Shown here: piece by piece, positions 49,126 through 58,550 of the stretch
How the letters are laid out: each line of letters starts with the position of its first letter
Numbering within the stretch: position 1 is the first letter of the stretch
Assembly: GCA_050251945.1 (NCBI GenBank)
Contig: JBFWLW010000003.1
Coordinates: forward strand, 64,001 to 128,000
Length of the DNA stretch: 64,000 nucleotides
Source of the DNA: Deferribacterales bacterium
Lineage (GTDB): Bacteria; Chrysiogenota; Deferribacteres; Deferribacterales; Geovibrionaceae
Reading direction: 5' to 3'
Program-made: the position numbers and the translations under genes
Notes under the pieces: model-generated
Seen by the model: only the letters and a program-made list of their open reading frames with translations
What the model was told of the DNA's origin: nothing
Databases searched by the model: none

Positions 49126-49842
49126 ATGGGTTTTGATTCCAGCGCCGCAAACTATCTGAACAGCAGCGACCACCGCACAGGTTCCGATCTGGAATATCTT
49201 GCGGAAAAGCTGGCCGGCGTTAAGTTCGGACGGATGCTGGACGTCGCCTGCGCCGCCGGACATTTTGCAAATTTTCTTTCTGCCGATATCAGGATAGTCA
49301 CCGACCTGAGTTTCAATATGCTGAAAAAAGCGAACGAAGCTTTCGGACTTTCACTTGGAGCTGTATCAGCGGCGGAATTTCTGCCGTTCCAAAACGAATC
49401 GTTCGACCTTGTCGGCTGCCGCATCGCCATGCACCACTTCAGAAATCCATGCATGTTCATGGGCGAGGCATTTCGCGTACTGAAACAGGGCGGCACGTTT
49501 ATATTGATTGATTCAGTCGTAAACGAAGGCGACGAACACCTGAACCGCATAGAGCTTCTGCGCGACGAAACACATAAAAAGAGCCATCCGGCGGAAAACA
49601 TAACAGCCATGGCGGAATGTGAGGGTTTCAGGACAAAAGAGACAGTCATTCTGCATAAACGGCACGATTTCGCAGAGTGGGCAAACAGACTGCACCCTTC
49701 GGACGAGCTTTTCGGCAAAATAGAAACAGCGTTCCTTGAGCTTCCCGACGAATACAGACTGCGGTATCATGTGGAAACTGAAAACGGGCGCATGAAAGCA
49801 TATACAGATAAAAAAGGATTATTTATTTTCCAAAAGCCTTGA
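49126..49842 (+). CDS. Class I SAM-dependent methyltransferase (YafE/YcgJ-like)
   Basis: YLNSSDHRTGSDL, LDVACAAGH, AEFLPF..ESFDLV.CRIAMHHF and RVLKQGG motifs. Confidence 0.85.
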   Translation: MGFDSSAANYLNSSDHRTGSDLEYLAEKLAGVKFGRMLDVACAAGHFANFLSADIRIVTDLSFNMLKKANEAFGLSLGAVSAAEFLPFQNESFDLVGCRIAMHHFRNPCMFMGEAFRVLKQGGTFILIDSVVNEGDEHLNRIELLRDETHKKSHPAENITAMAECEGFRTKETVILHKRHDFAEWANRLHPSDELFGKIETAFLELPDEYRLRYHVETENGRMKAYTDKKGLFIFQKP

Positions 49843-49896
49843 CCCCAAGGTTGCCAACTTACATATTAGAAGTTGACAACCACGAGGAGTCTCCAA

Positions 49897-50928
49897 ATGA
49901 AACGCAGCAATACCGGCGAAATAAAAAACTTTATAATTGAAAATCTACGGGAACACCCGAAAGATATAGCTGCCTTCACGGCAGTATATTTCGGCATATC
50001 AAGACAGGCTGTCTTAAAACACATAAATGCCATGATTGAATCAGGACAGATAGTAAGCAAAGGGGAAAAGAACAAAAGAGTCTACAGCCTGAATACTATT
50101 ATACGCGAATTTAAGTACGATCTGCCCGGCATTAGCGAATCGGATTTATTCAATAATGATATTCTCCCTTTAATCAAAACTTATTCAAAAAGTGTTTTCC
50201 ATAAAACTCAATACTGTTTTACAGAAATGGTAAACAATGCCAACGACCATTCGGAGGGCAGCAAACTCAGGATTTTCGTTATTATTGACTCTTTTTCTTT
50301 GACCATCGGCATAAAAGACAACGGCATCGGTATATTCCGTAAAATTTCAAAAGCCCTCAATCTGACGAATGAACAATATGCCATTTTAGAACTTGCCAAA
50401 GGAAAATTTACCACGGACAAAAAACATCACAGCGGAGCAGGTATCTTTTTCACTTCAAAGCTGTCCGATTATTTTTCGATACAGTCATATAACGTTCATT
50501 TCATACACGACGATAGCGATGAAAAGCATTGCGACCTTATAAGAGAAAATGAAAATTCTGATGGTACGACAATAATGTTTACAATATATTTCGACTCAAA
50601 AATAAATTATGCAGAAATTTTTAACCAATATGCTGATGATGATTTTGGTTTCACAAAAACAGCTGTGGAAGTCGGACTCTTGCGAGTAGGCGAAGAAAAC
50701 CTTGTCTCCCGCTCACAGGCAAAGCGTCTTCTGACAAGATTTGAACAGTTTAAACATATTTTACTTGATTTTAAAAACTTGGACATGATAGGACAGGCGT
50801 TCGCGGATGAAATCTTTCGCGTATTTCAGAATGAACACCCAAATATCACCTTTGAAACCACAAATACAACTAAAGAGGTTGACATGATGATAAAACGGGC
50901 TAGAAATAAAAGGGATGAAACGTTTTAA
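49897..50928 (+). CDS. HTH - HATPase (GHKL) - STAS-like DUF4325 fusion protein
   Basis: FGISRQAV HTH; EMVNNANDHS, DNGIGI and HSGAGIF GHKL boxes; LVSRSQAK...LDF....IGQAFADEIFRVF. Confidence 0.8.
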   Translation: MKRSNTGEIKNFIIENLREHPKDIAAFTAVYFGISRQAVLKHINAMIESGQIVSKGEKNKRVYSLNTIIREFKYDLPGISESDLFNNDILPLIKTYSKSVFHKTQYCFTEMVNNANDHSEGSKLRIFVIIDSFSLTIGIKDNGIGIFRKISKALNLTNEQYAILELAKGKFTTDKKHHSGAGIFFTSKLSDYFSIQSYNVHFIHDDSDEKHCDLIRENENSDGTTIMFTIYFDSKINYAEIFNQYADDDFGFTKTAVEVGLLRVGEENLVSRSQAKRLLTRFEQFKHILLDFKNLDMIGQAFADEIFRVFQNEHPNITFETTNTTKEVDMMIKRARNKRDETF

Positions 50929-52708
50929 GTTTAAAAGATTGACACTGCCGGTAATCGGCAGATGGTTCATACTCGGTTCTGTTGTGGGTGTTGTGGCGGG
51001 TCTCGCCTCAATAGCTCTCTTTTTTATGATACAGATTTGCGAGTATTATTTTCTGGACGTCGCTGTTGGCTGGCCCGTTGGAGAAACATCCGGCGAACCT
51101 TCGCTTTTCGGTCACTCCGGAAAAGAATTCAACAGGTGGCTTCTGCTCATAGTTCCGGCGCTCGGCGGACTTGTCAGCGGAATCATCGTCTACCTCTTCG
51201 CACCAGAGGCGCAGGGTGCGGGTACAAACACAGCTATCGAAGCAATACACCAGAAGCGGGGCAACATCCGCTGGCAGGTTCCCATTGTCAAAATATTCAC
51301 CAGTGCAATAACAATAGGTACCGGCGGCTCAGGCGGCCGGGAAGGTCCTATATCACATATCGGCGCTGGTTTCGCGTCTTTCCTCAGCAATATGTTAAGC
51401 CTTACGGACAGAGAAAAAAGAATACTGACAGCGGCAGGCATGGGCGCAGGCGTGGGTGCGATATTCCGTTCACCCCTCGCAGGTGCGATCTTCGCCGCGG
51501 AAGTGCTTTATTCATCTTCCGATATGGAATATGAAGCTCTTCTGCCGTCCGCAATAACATCTATCATAGCATATTCTGTATTTTGCAGTGTTTTCGGCTG
51601 GGAACCTCTGTTCGCAGCTCACGATTTTACTTTCAGAAACCCCGCAGAGCTTATCGGCTACACTATTCTGGGCTTCACATGCGCACTTTTCGGCTGGTTC
51701 TTTGTAAAAGTGTACAAAAAATCCGCTGATTTCTTCAAAAAAATACCCGTAAAACCATATTTAAAGCCAATGATAGGCGGTTTCCTCACAGGCTGTATTG
51801 CCGTTGCAATTCCGCAGGTGCTTTCAGGCGGCTATGCGCAGATTGACCACGCGATGTCCAATAACCTCGGACTTCTCTTCCTTGTACTGTTCATATTCGC
51901 TAAGATATTCGCCACCTCTTTTACCATAGGTTCAGGCGGTTCGGCAGGTTCGTTCGGTCCGTCAATGGTAATCGGCGCGTGTGTCGGCGGCATGGTGGGC
52001 GTCAGCCTTAATGAGCTTTTTCCTTCAATTGCGCCCGAACCGGGAGCATTTGCCGTTGTTGGTATGGCAGGATTTTTCTGCGGTATTGCAAACACCCCCC
52101 TCTCATCAATTATTATGGTGAGTGAAATGACGGGGAACTATCATCTGCTGGTTCCTTCAATGTGGGTCACGACTCTTTCGTTCCTCCTGCTTCGCAAAAC
52201 CAACCTTTACTATAATCAGGTACCCCAAAGAAGCGACTCACCCGCGCATAAAGGCGAGTTCTTCCTTCAGGTTCTTCAGGATATCAAGGTCAGGAATATA
52301 ATGCGTCCCGACCCCATAACCATTCCTGAAACAATGAAATTCAGCGACGTGGTTCACTTTATCTCTAAAACAAAACACAACAACTTTCCTGTTCTTAGAG
52401 AGGACGGCACTTTCGTTGGCATACTTCTTTTCGAGGAGCTGCGCGAATTCGTTTTTGACGAAGGACTGGAAGAAATTGTTGTAGCGGGGGAAGTCTGCGA
52501 CAAAGACCTCCCGTATGTTTTTCCTGAAACAACCCTTGCAGATGCAATTGACAGCATAGGTTTCAAGAACGTGGAACTTCTGCCTGTTCTTGATCCGGCA
52601 GACAATCAGAAACTGCTGGGGATAATCACCCGCAGAGACATAATAACCACATACAACAAGATGATACGCCGCAGACAGATTGCAGAACGCGAGAAAGATG
52701 ACTTTTAA
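50915..52708 (+). CDS. ClC family chloride channel/antiporter with CBS pair
   Basis: GGSGGREGP, FRSPLAGAIFAAE, GGSAGSFGP and EMTGNY motifs; C-terminal CBS domains. Confidence 0.94.
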   Translation: MKRFKFKRLTLPVIGRWFILGSVVGVVAGLASIALFFMIQICEYYFLDVAVGWPVGETSGEPSLFGHSGKEFNRWLLLIVPALGGLVSGIIVYLFAPEAQGAGTNTAIEAIHQKRGNIRWQVPIVKIFTSAITIGTGGSGGREGPISHIGAGFASFLSNMLSLTDREKRILTAAGMGAGVGAIFRSPLAGAIFAAEVLYSSSDMEYEALLPSAITSIIAYSVFCSVFGWEPLFAAHDFTFRNPAELIGYTILGFTCALFGWFFVKVYKKSADFFKKIPVKPYLKPMIGGFLTGCIAVAIPQVLSGGYAQIDHAMSNNLGLLFLVLFIFAKIFATSFTIGSGGSAGSFGPSMVIGACVGGMVGVSLNELFPSIAPEPGAFAVVGMAGFFCGIANTPLSSIIMVSEMTGNYHLLVPSMWVTTLSFLLLRKTNLYYNQVPQRSDSPAHKGEFFLQVLQDIKVRNIMRPDPITIPETMKFSDVVHFISKTKHNNFPVLREDGTFVGILLFEELREFVFDEGLEEIVVAGEVCDKDLPYVFPETTLADAIDSIGFKNVELLPVLDPADNQKLLGIITRRDIITTYNKMIRRRQIAEREKDDF

Positions 52709-52710
52709 GT

Positions 52711-53040
52711 ATATATAAAATGACTTCCTGTCATTTCAGAGCATATATCGTAATAATCTGCGCATATTGAAAGATGAGACTGCTTCACCCTTGCAGGGTT
52801 CGCAGAGACGAGCGAGAAAGAAACGTCTTCGCGAGAAGCACTAGCCGAAGGCTGAAAACATTTGCCTATTTTTGCAAATGTTTCTGTACCGAGCTTGCTG
52901 AAATGAGTCCACTTTAAACTATTTGTCGAATAAAGCGACGAAGCGATCTCGTAATTCTAATACGCAACTAACTATATAACATGCTCTATATCAACGACTC
53001 TTCCCTGGGGCTTTATAAGCATATATAAAATGACTTCCTG
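52711..53040. mobile_element. Composite REP/MITE-like insertion bracketed by 20-bp direct repeats
   Basis: ATATATAAAATGACTTCCTG at 52711-52730 and 53021-53040; inner AGAGCAT/ATGCTCT inverted ends; REP doublet with nested insertions. Confidence 0.7.
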
Positions 53041-53071
53041 ACAAACAAATAAAATTTTCACTTCTTTTTTC

Positions 53072-53098
53072 TAAAGTTATGTCTTAATATGACGATAC
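53072..53098 (+). promoter_or_regulatory. Sigma28 (FliA)-like promoter
   Basis: TAAA(GTT)-N15-GACGATAC versus consensus TAAA-N15-GCCGATAA. Confidence 0.6.
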
Positions 53099-53151
53099 GA
53101 TAAATGCAAGGATGCGCAATTCCACACAGGGATGTTCCAACAGGTGCGTCC

Positions 53152-53400
53152 ATGTCAAGAGTTATAGGCGGTTCCGCCTCAAACGAAGCATACACGCGTA
53201 TGCTGGAAGAACAAAGACAGAAAAATACCGAAAAAATATATCAGGATTATCACCAGAGCGAACGCATACGTTCATACAACGATGATGCCACTTATCGTCA
53301 GGTGACGCGGACGGATTCCGTTGAAAGCCAGCAGCAGGACAGCTCGCGCAAAGAGAGGAGATTCGGAGAACCCGGGTACAATCTCGATGTATACGCATAG
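53152..53400 (+). CDS. Small hydrophilic protein with C-terminal GYNLDVYA motif
   Basis: ORF downstream of the sigma28-like promoter; start MSRVIGG after AGGTG. Confidence 0.65.
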   Translation: MSRVIGGSASNEAYTRMLEEQRQKNTEKIYQDYHQSERIRSYNDDATYRQVTRTDSVESQQQDSSRKERRFGEPGYNLDVYA

Positions 53401-53459
53401 CGGATATATAATATATTGTACATAGACCTGCCCTATGCTATCATTACGGCGGAGACACA

Positions 53460-54563
53460 ATGTACAGATATTTTCTGATATCCTTTATTTCAACTGCCAT
53501 TTTTCTGGCAGGATGCAGCAGAGAACCAGACAAAACAACTGTCGGTTTCATAAATACCCTTTCAGGCAGATATTCCGAAATGGGACAGGACTCTATGAAA
53601 GGTGTTATGCTGGCGCTCTCAGACTCCGGAATGGAGGACAAAATAAACCTTGATATTCAGGACGACTCCGGAACTCCCGCGGAGGGGGTCGCCGCTCTGT
53701 CGCGTCTTTCCGATAACGGCATAAAATATGTAATAGGTCCGGGACTCAGCAACGTTGCACAGGCAACAGTTCCACTTCTAAAAAGCCGCGGCATGTATAT
53801 GTTAAGCCCCACGGTCAGCACTTCCGAACTGGCAGGCAAACATGACAACTTCGTAAGAATAATCCCATACAACAGCAAAGAACAGTCACAGCGTATCACA
53901 GGATATATTGTCCGTAAGCTTAACGTCAAAAACACCGTAATACTGTACGACAACAGAAACAGCTCCTATTCCACGGACATAGTACGCAAGGTCACTTCGT
54001 CGTTCATGGAACAGGGATGCAACGTAAGAGACATACGCGCTTTCAATCCGGAATCAGGCGAAAGCATGCATCAGCTCATTGAAAAAGATAAACAGAATCC
54101 GCCCGACATGTACTATATAGTGGGATCACCGCTGGATACTGCGCTCATTATCTGGCAGATAAAAAAAGCAGGCTACAGCTCCAAAATTGCTATACGTGCA
54201 TGGGCGGCAGGCAACGAATTCATGAGATTCGGCGGCAGTGCCGTCGACGGCGCATACCTGTTCGACTACTATGTTGACAAGAAGTCCAAAGAATACATAG
54301 CCTTCCGTGAAAGATACACAGCGCGGTTCAATGAAGAACCTTCATGGATGAGTGTGAACGGATACGAAGCGGGGCAGATAATGTTCCGCTCGCTCAGCGA
54401 TGTCAAAAACGGCAAACCATTCTGTAAATCCATTATCGAAAATGCAAGGAAGGTACACCTTTTTAAAGGACTTACAATAAACGAATTCGGAGATGCACAG
54501 CTTCCGGTCAGCGCATTTATCATTAAAAACGGCAATGTTGAAAGGCTGGGGGGGACGGAATGA
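53460..54563 (+). CDS. Periplasmic binding protein type 1 (LivK-like) lipoprotein
   Basis: Lipobox LAGC; LSGRYSEMG...DDSGTP...VIGP..S...LSPT. Confidence 0.88.
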   Translation: MYRYFLISFISTAIFLAGCSREPDKTTVGFINTLSGRYSEMGQDSMKGVMLALSDSGMEDKINLDIQDDSGTPAEGVAALSRLSDNGIKYVIGPGLSNVAQATVPLLKSRGMYMLSPTVSTSELAGKHDNFVRIIPYNSKEQSQRITGYIVRKLNVKNTVILYDNRNSSYSTDIVRKVTSSFMEQGCNVRDIRAFNPESGESMHQLIEKDKQNPPDMYYIVGSPLDTALIIWQIKKAGYSSKIAIRAWAAGNEFMRFGGSAVDGAYLFDYYVDKKSKEYIAFRERYTARFNEEPSWMSVNGYEAGQIMFRSLSDVKNGKPFCKSIIENARKVHLFKGLTINEFGDAQLPVSAFIIKNGNVERLGGTE

Positions 54564-57241
54564 AAAGGAACCCGACGCTCAGCAGGATGTTTGTTGTATC
54601 ATTTTTGTTCTTCCTCATGCTTCCGCTTGCTGCCGTCGTCACCGTTTTCCTTGTAAACTCATACGACTCTCAGGACGAAAATGTCAAAAACAGACTCAAC
54701 ATCGTCGCATCATCTCTCAACGACAGAATAAACGATAGACTTGATAATCCGTACAGATTCCTTGAGTCGGTGGCGGAAATGGCAGGAAAATACGGTCAGA
54801 CCGACGAACATCTCGACACAATGCTCTCTTCAGGCATAAAAAGCTTTAAGATATTTGAAGCAATATACATTCTCGACAGCGAAGGAAAGATATCGCTGTT
54901 TGATTCATCTTATTACAAAAGTTACGACAGAAGCGATTTCATTGGCATCCCGCTGCCTGAGATATCCTACAAAACGAGTGTGGACAACAAATGGAGCCGT
55001 GCGGTCACATCGCCGCTGTCAAATAATACGGTAGTAAGGGCTGTGGTCGCTTTCGACAACGGTTATGTTGTGGGAGATATCAGCACGGAATTCATAAGCG
55101 ATCTGCTTGCGGAATCCGTACAGGACAACAGCACTCAGATAACCATAACCGCGGCAGACGGTCAGGTAATCGCCTCTTCAGTGAAAAATATGACGGGCAA
55201 CCTTTCAAAGCACCCGCTGATGTCACTTGCGGGCAGTTTTGAGCACACTATGCTCAATTATCATTTCGGAAAGGACGAGCGCGTCGGAACCATAAAAACG
55301 GTTCGCACACCGGGGTGGCTCCTGCTTTACGAACAGACAGCGTCCGCCGCATATATCTATTTCACTCAGATACTTCTGATGAACGTCGGTTCCGCCGCCG
55401 TTCTCATCGGCTTTTCAATATTCATTCTGTTCTTCATCCGCGCAAAAGTTATCGTCCCGATGCGTATGCTCACCGAGCGAAGCGAAATGATAGCGCAGGG
55501 AACGTTTTTGCAGTTCAGGGATTCGGAAAAAGGCGTATTCAAGGAGCTTAGAACCCTTTACGACAGCTTTGAAAAAATGATGATAACCATTAACAAACGG
55601 GAAAAGGAACTTAAAGACAAAGAAGAATATCTTCGTTCGGTCTTTGATTCCACAACGACTACAGGTATTCTCATCATATCCACCGACGCGGAACCTATAA
55701 TCATGGATGCGAACGTCGGAGCGCAGATAATATTCGGATATAAGCTTTCCGAAATGCTGGGTCTTCCTCCGGCGGGGCTCATAAAGGCTTTGGGTGACGA
55801 GCTTGCGGACATGTGCAGTGAGAGCCGCAGAACCGACGCAATGGTCACAAAACAGCTGGAGATGGTCAAAAAGAACGGAATGCTTTTCCCCGTTCTGTGT
55901 TCGGTCTATCCGCTGTTCGGATCCAACGGCAACATTATGGGCTTCATATGCGTCTGCATTGACATAACCGAGATAACCCGGGTGCAAAACGAGCTTGAAA
56001 GCGAAAAGGAACGCCTTGACGTTACATTGAGAAGTATCGGAGAAGGTGTCGTTGCGGCGGATAAATTCGGACGCATCACCCTTGTGAACAGCAGTGCCGA
56101 GAACATCCTCGGACAAAAATACAGATTCATTCTCGGACACAACATAAACGAAGTGATACAGGTGTATGACTATGAAACGGGAAAATCGCTCACCGAAAGG
56201 ATAACCGATCTTTCACCGAAGTCTAACCGCACATTCCGCGCCAACATGGTCACCAAAGACGCGGGAGTTATCACAGTATTCATAACCTCTTCCGCCATGA
56301 CAAACAACAAGGGCGATATAATAGGTTCGGTCTATGTTTTCAGAGACATCACCGACCGTATGAAGATGGAACAGGAACTGATAAACCGTAAAAAGATGCT
56401 TGAAGACATAAACAAAAGCCTCGAAAAACGGGTTCAGGTGGAAACGGAAAAACGCAGAAAGAATGAACAGATGCTCTTTGAGCAGGCAAAGTTCGCCGCC
56501 ATGGGGCAGATGATAAGCGCCATAGCACACCAGTGGCGGCAGCCTCTGAACGCTCTTGCGCTGTATGTGCAGGATATCGAGGATGCATACGAAACCGGCG
56601 AAGTCGACAGACCGTATCTTATGAATTTCTCTTCAAACGCCATGAGGCTTATAGACCACATGTCCGCAACCATAGACGATTTCCGCAACTTCTTCCACTC
56701 CGCAAACTCAACGGAAAGGGTGGACATTCCGTCTGTTATACTTGAATCCATGTCGCTGGTAACAACCCAGTTCAGAAGCCAGATGATAAACTATAAAGTG
56801 ATCATACGCGACAACGGGAAAGAACAGATATTCGAGAACAAACTGCCCGATGCCTATGAACCGATAAACGACATAAAGCTGACCATCTTCTCAAGCGAGC
56901 TTAAACAGGTTATGCTGAATATTTATCAGAACGCGCGTGACGCCATAATCGAACACAGAAAAAACACAGGTGAAAAGATAGGCAACATAGTCACCACTTT
57001 GACCTACAAATCGGACAGGCTTAAGATAGAGATAGAGAACGACGGCGGCAATATACCGGAGGAAACCCTCGGGCGCATATTCGACCCGTATTTCACAACA
57101 AAAGCGGAAGGCGAGGGAACCGGAATAGGTCTTTACATGTCTAAAATAATTATTGAAGACCATATGGACGGACTGCTCGTTGCACAAAATACCAAAAACG
57201 GAGCGCTCTTCTCCATTACGCTCACTTACGATAATAAATGA
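54560..57241 (+). CDS. Cache-HAMP-PAS-PAS sensor histidine kinase
   Basis: Two TMs, PAS domains, IAHQWRQPLN and FDPYFTTK..GEGTGIGLY. Confidence 0.93.
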   Translation: MKRNPTLSRMFVVSFLFFLMLPLAAVVTVFLVNSYDSQDENVKNRLNIVASSLNDRINDRLDNPYRFLESVAEMAGKYGQTDEHLDTMLSSGIKSFKIFEAIYILDSEGKISLFDSSYYKSYDRSDFIGIPLPEISYKTSVDNKWSRAVTSPLSNNTVVRAVVAFDNGYVVGDISTEFISDLLAESVQDNSTQITITAADGQVIASSVKNMTGNLSKHPLMSLAGSFEHTMLNYHFGKDERVGTIKTVRTPGWLLLYEQTASAAYIYFTQILLMNVGSAAVLIGFSIFILFFIRAKVIVPMRMLTERSEMIAQGTFLQFRDSEKGVFKELRTLYDSFEKMMITINKREKELKDKEEYLRSVFDSTTTTGILIISTDAEPIIMDANVGAQIIFGYKLSEMLGLPPAGLIKALGDELADMCSESRRTDAMVTKQLEMVKKNGMLFPVLCSVYPLFGSNGNIMGFICVCIDITEITRVQNELESEKERLDVTLRSIGEGVVAADKFGRITLVNSSAENILGQKYRFILGHNINEVIQVYDYETGKSLTERITDLSPKSNRTFRANMVTKDAGVITVFITSSAMTNNKGDIIGSVYVFRDITDRMKMEQELINRKKMLEDINKSLEKRVQVETEKRRKNEQMLFEQAKFAAMGQMISAIAHQWRQPLNALALYVQDIEDAYETGEVDRPYLMNFSSNAMRLIDHMSATIDDFRNFFHSANSTERVDIPSVILESMSLVTTQFRSQMINYKVIIRDNGKEQIFENKLPDAYEPINDIKLTIFSSELKQVMLNIYQNARDAIIEHRKNTGEKIGNIVTTLTYKSDRLKIEIENDGGNIPEETLGRIFDPYFTTKAEGEGTGIGLYMSKIIIEDHMDGLLVAQNTKNGALFSITLTYDNK

Positions 57242-57308
57242 TTACCACCGCTTGTATTATAACAATAATTGTGATAACTTCATAACATACGGATAAGAAA
57301 GGCAGATT

Positions 57309-58547
57309 ATGGGACTGATATACATTGACGACTTAAAGCCGGGGATGAAGCTGGAACATGATCTCATATGTCCTAACGGTCGTTTTCTCCTCAGTTCCGG
57401 CTCCATACTGGAAGAAAAACACATACGGATAGCCCGCTCATGGGGCATTACCGAAGCTCACGTTGTCGGTCTGGACAGGGAAACCCTTAATCTGGAAGCT
57501 CAGGCGGGGTTCAGCGAAGAGACCATAACTTCGGTCGACGCCTATATGGAGCAGCTGTACAGGTTTGCAGATACAGCGGTTCCTGCCATGGGTGAAATAT
57601 ACAGAATAAACAAGCTGATCCTGTGCCGCCTTGTGGAGGCGAAAGGAGCGGAAGCCCTGCCGAAACCTCCGGCAATGGAAGAATCAAGACTGCCGAAAGG
57701 CTTTGTTAAAGGCTCTGTCACTGCCGATTCCATTGTGGAAAAAGAGGTCGGGCTGGCATCCTTTCCCGACGTTTACTACAAGATAAAAGACGTTCTTTCA
57801 AACCCGACCAGCTCCGCATCGCACATGGCGGATGTGGTTGAAAAAGATACAAGCCTCTCCGCAAAACTTCTTAAAATAGTCAACAGCGCATTCTACAGCT
57901 TTCCGTCACGCATAGACTCGATCCGACGCGCAATCACCATCATCGGTACAAAAGAACTCGGAACCCTCGCGGTCGGCATATCCGCCATTGAAGCATTCAA
58001 GGGCATCCCCATGGAATTCACCAATATGAGAAAATTCTGGCGGCACTCCATAGCATGCGGAGTTTTCGCAAGGCTCCTCGGGACGCACATCGACGAGGTT
58101 TCCACAGAACGCCTTTTCGTATCCGGACTTATGCACGACATCGGCAGACTGGTGATTTTCCGCACCCTGCCGGAAGAATCCGCTTACACTCTGTTTCTCT
58201 CTTACAAACTGCATAAACCGCTGGCAGACATCGAATATGAAGTGCTGGGGTTCGACCATGCAGACGTTGGCGGAGCGCTCCTTGAAAAATGGAAATTTCC
58301 GACCCAACTGGTGAAAAACGTCCGTTTCCACCACAGCGTCAAAAACATACATATCGAAGCATCAATAACCTCCGCCGCAGACTGCATGGCAATTGCCTTC
58401 GGCTCGCCGGTAACGAGTTCCTACATCGTGCCTTCCATATCGAAAGACGTATGGGATGCTCTTGGTATTTCAACATCTGTCATAACAAACGTTGTGACAC
58501 AATCCGAGCGCCAGATCGACGAGATCGAAGACGCTTTTTTCGGGTGA
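57309..58547 (+). CDS. HDOD domain protein
   Basis: LASFPDVY...DTSLSAKLLKIVNSAFY...FWRHS...GLMHDIGRL...GFDHADVG..LL..W.FP. Confidence 0.92.
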   Translation: MGLIYIDDLKPGMKLEHDLICPNGRFLLSSGSILEEKHIRIARSWGITEAHVVGLDRETLNLEAQAGFSEETITSVDAYMEQLYRFADTAVPAMGEIYRINKLILCRLVEAKGAEALPKPPAMEESRLPKGFVKGSVTADSIVEKEVGLASFPDVYYKIKDVLSNPTSSASHMADVVEKDTSLSAKLLKIVNSAFYSFPSRIDSIRRAITIIGTKELGTLAVGISAIEAFKGIPMEFTNMRKFWRHSIACGVFARLLGTHIDEVSTERLFVSGLMHDIGRLVIFRTLPEESAYTLFLSYKLHKPLADIEYEVLGFDHADVGGALLEKWKFPTQLVKNVRFHHSVKNIHIEASITSAADCMAIAFGSPVTSSYIVPSISKDVWDALGISTSVITNVVTQSERQIDEIEDAFFG

Positions 58548-58550
58548 CAT

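Noticed and set aside
50915..52708. Fluoride-specific ClC(F), suggested by the non-GSGIP motif (GAGTN)
   Set aside because: It retains GREGP and CBS domains and lacks the GNN/GREGT signature; no fluoride riboswitch upstream.
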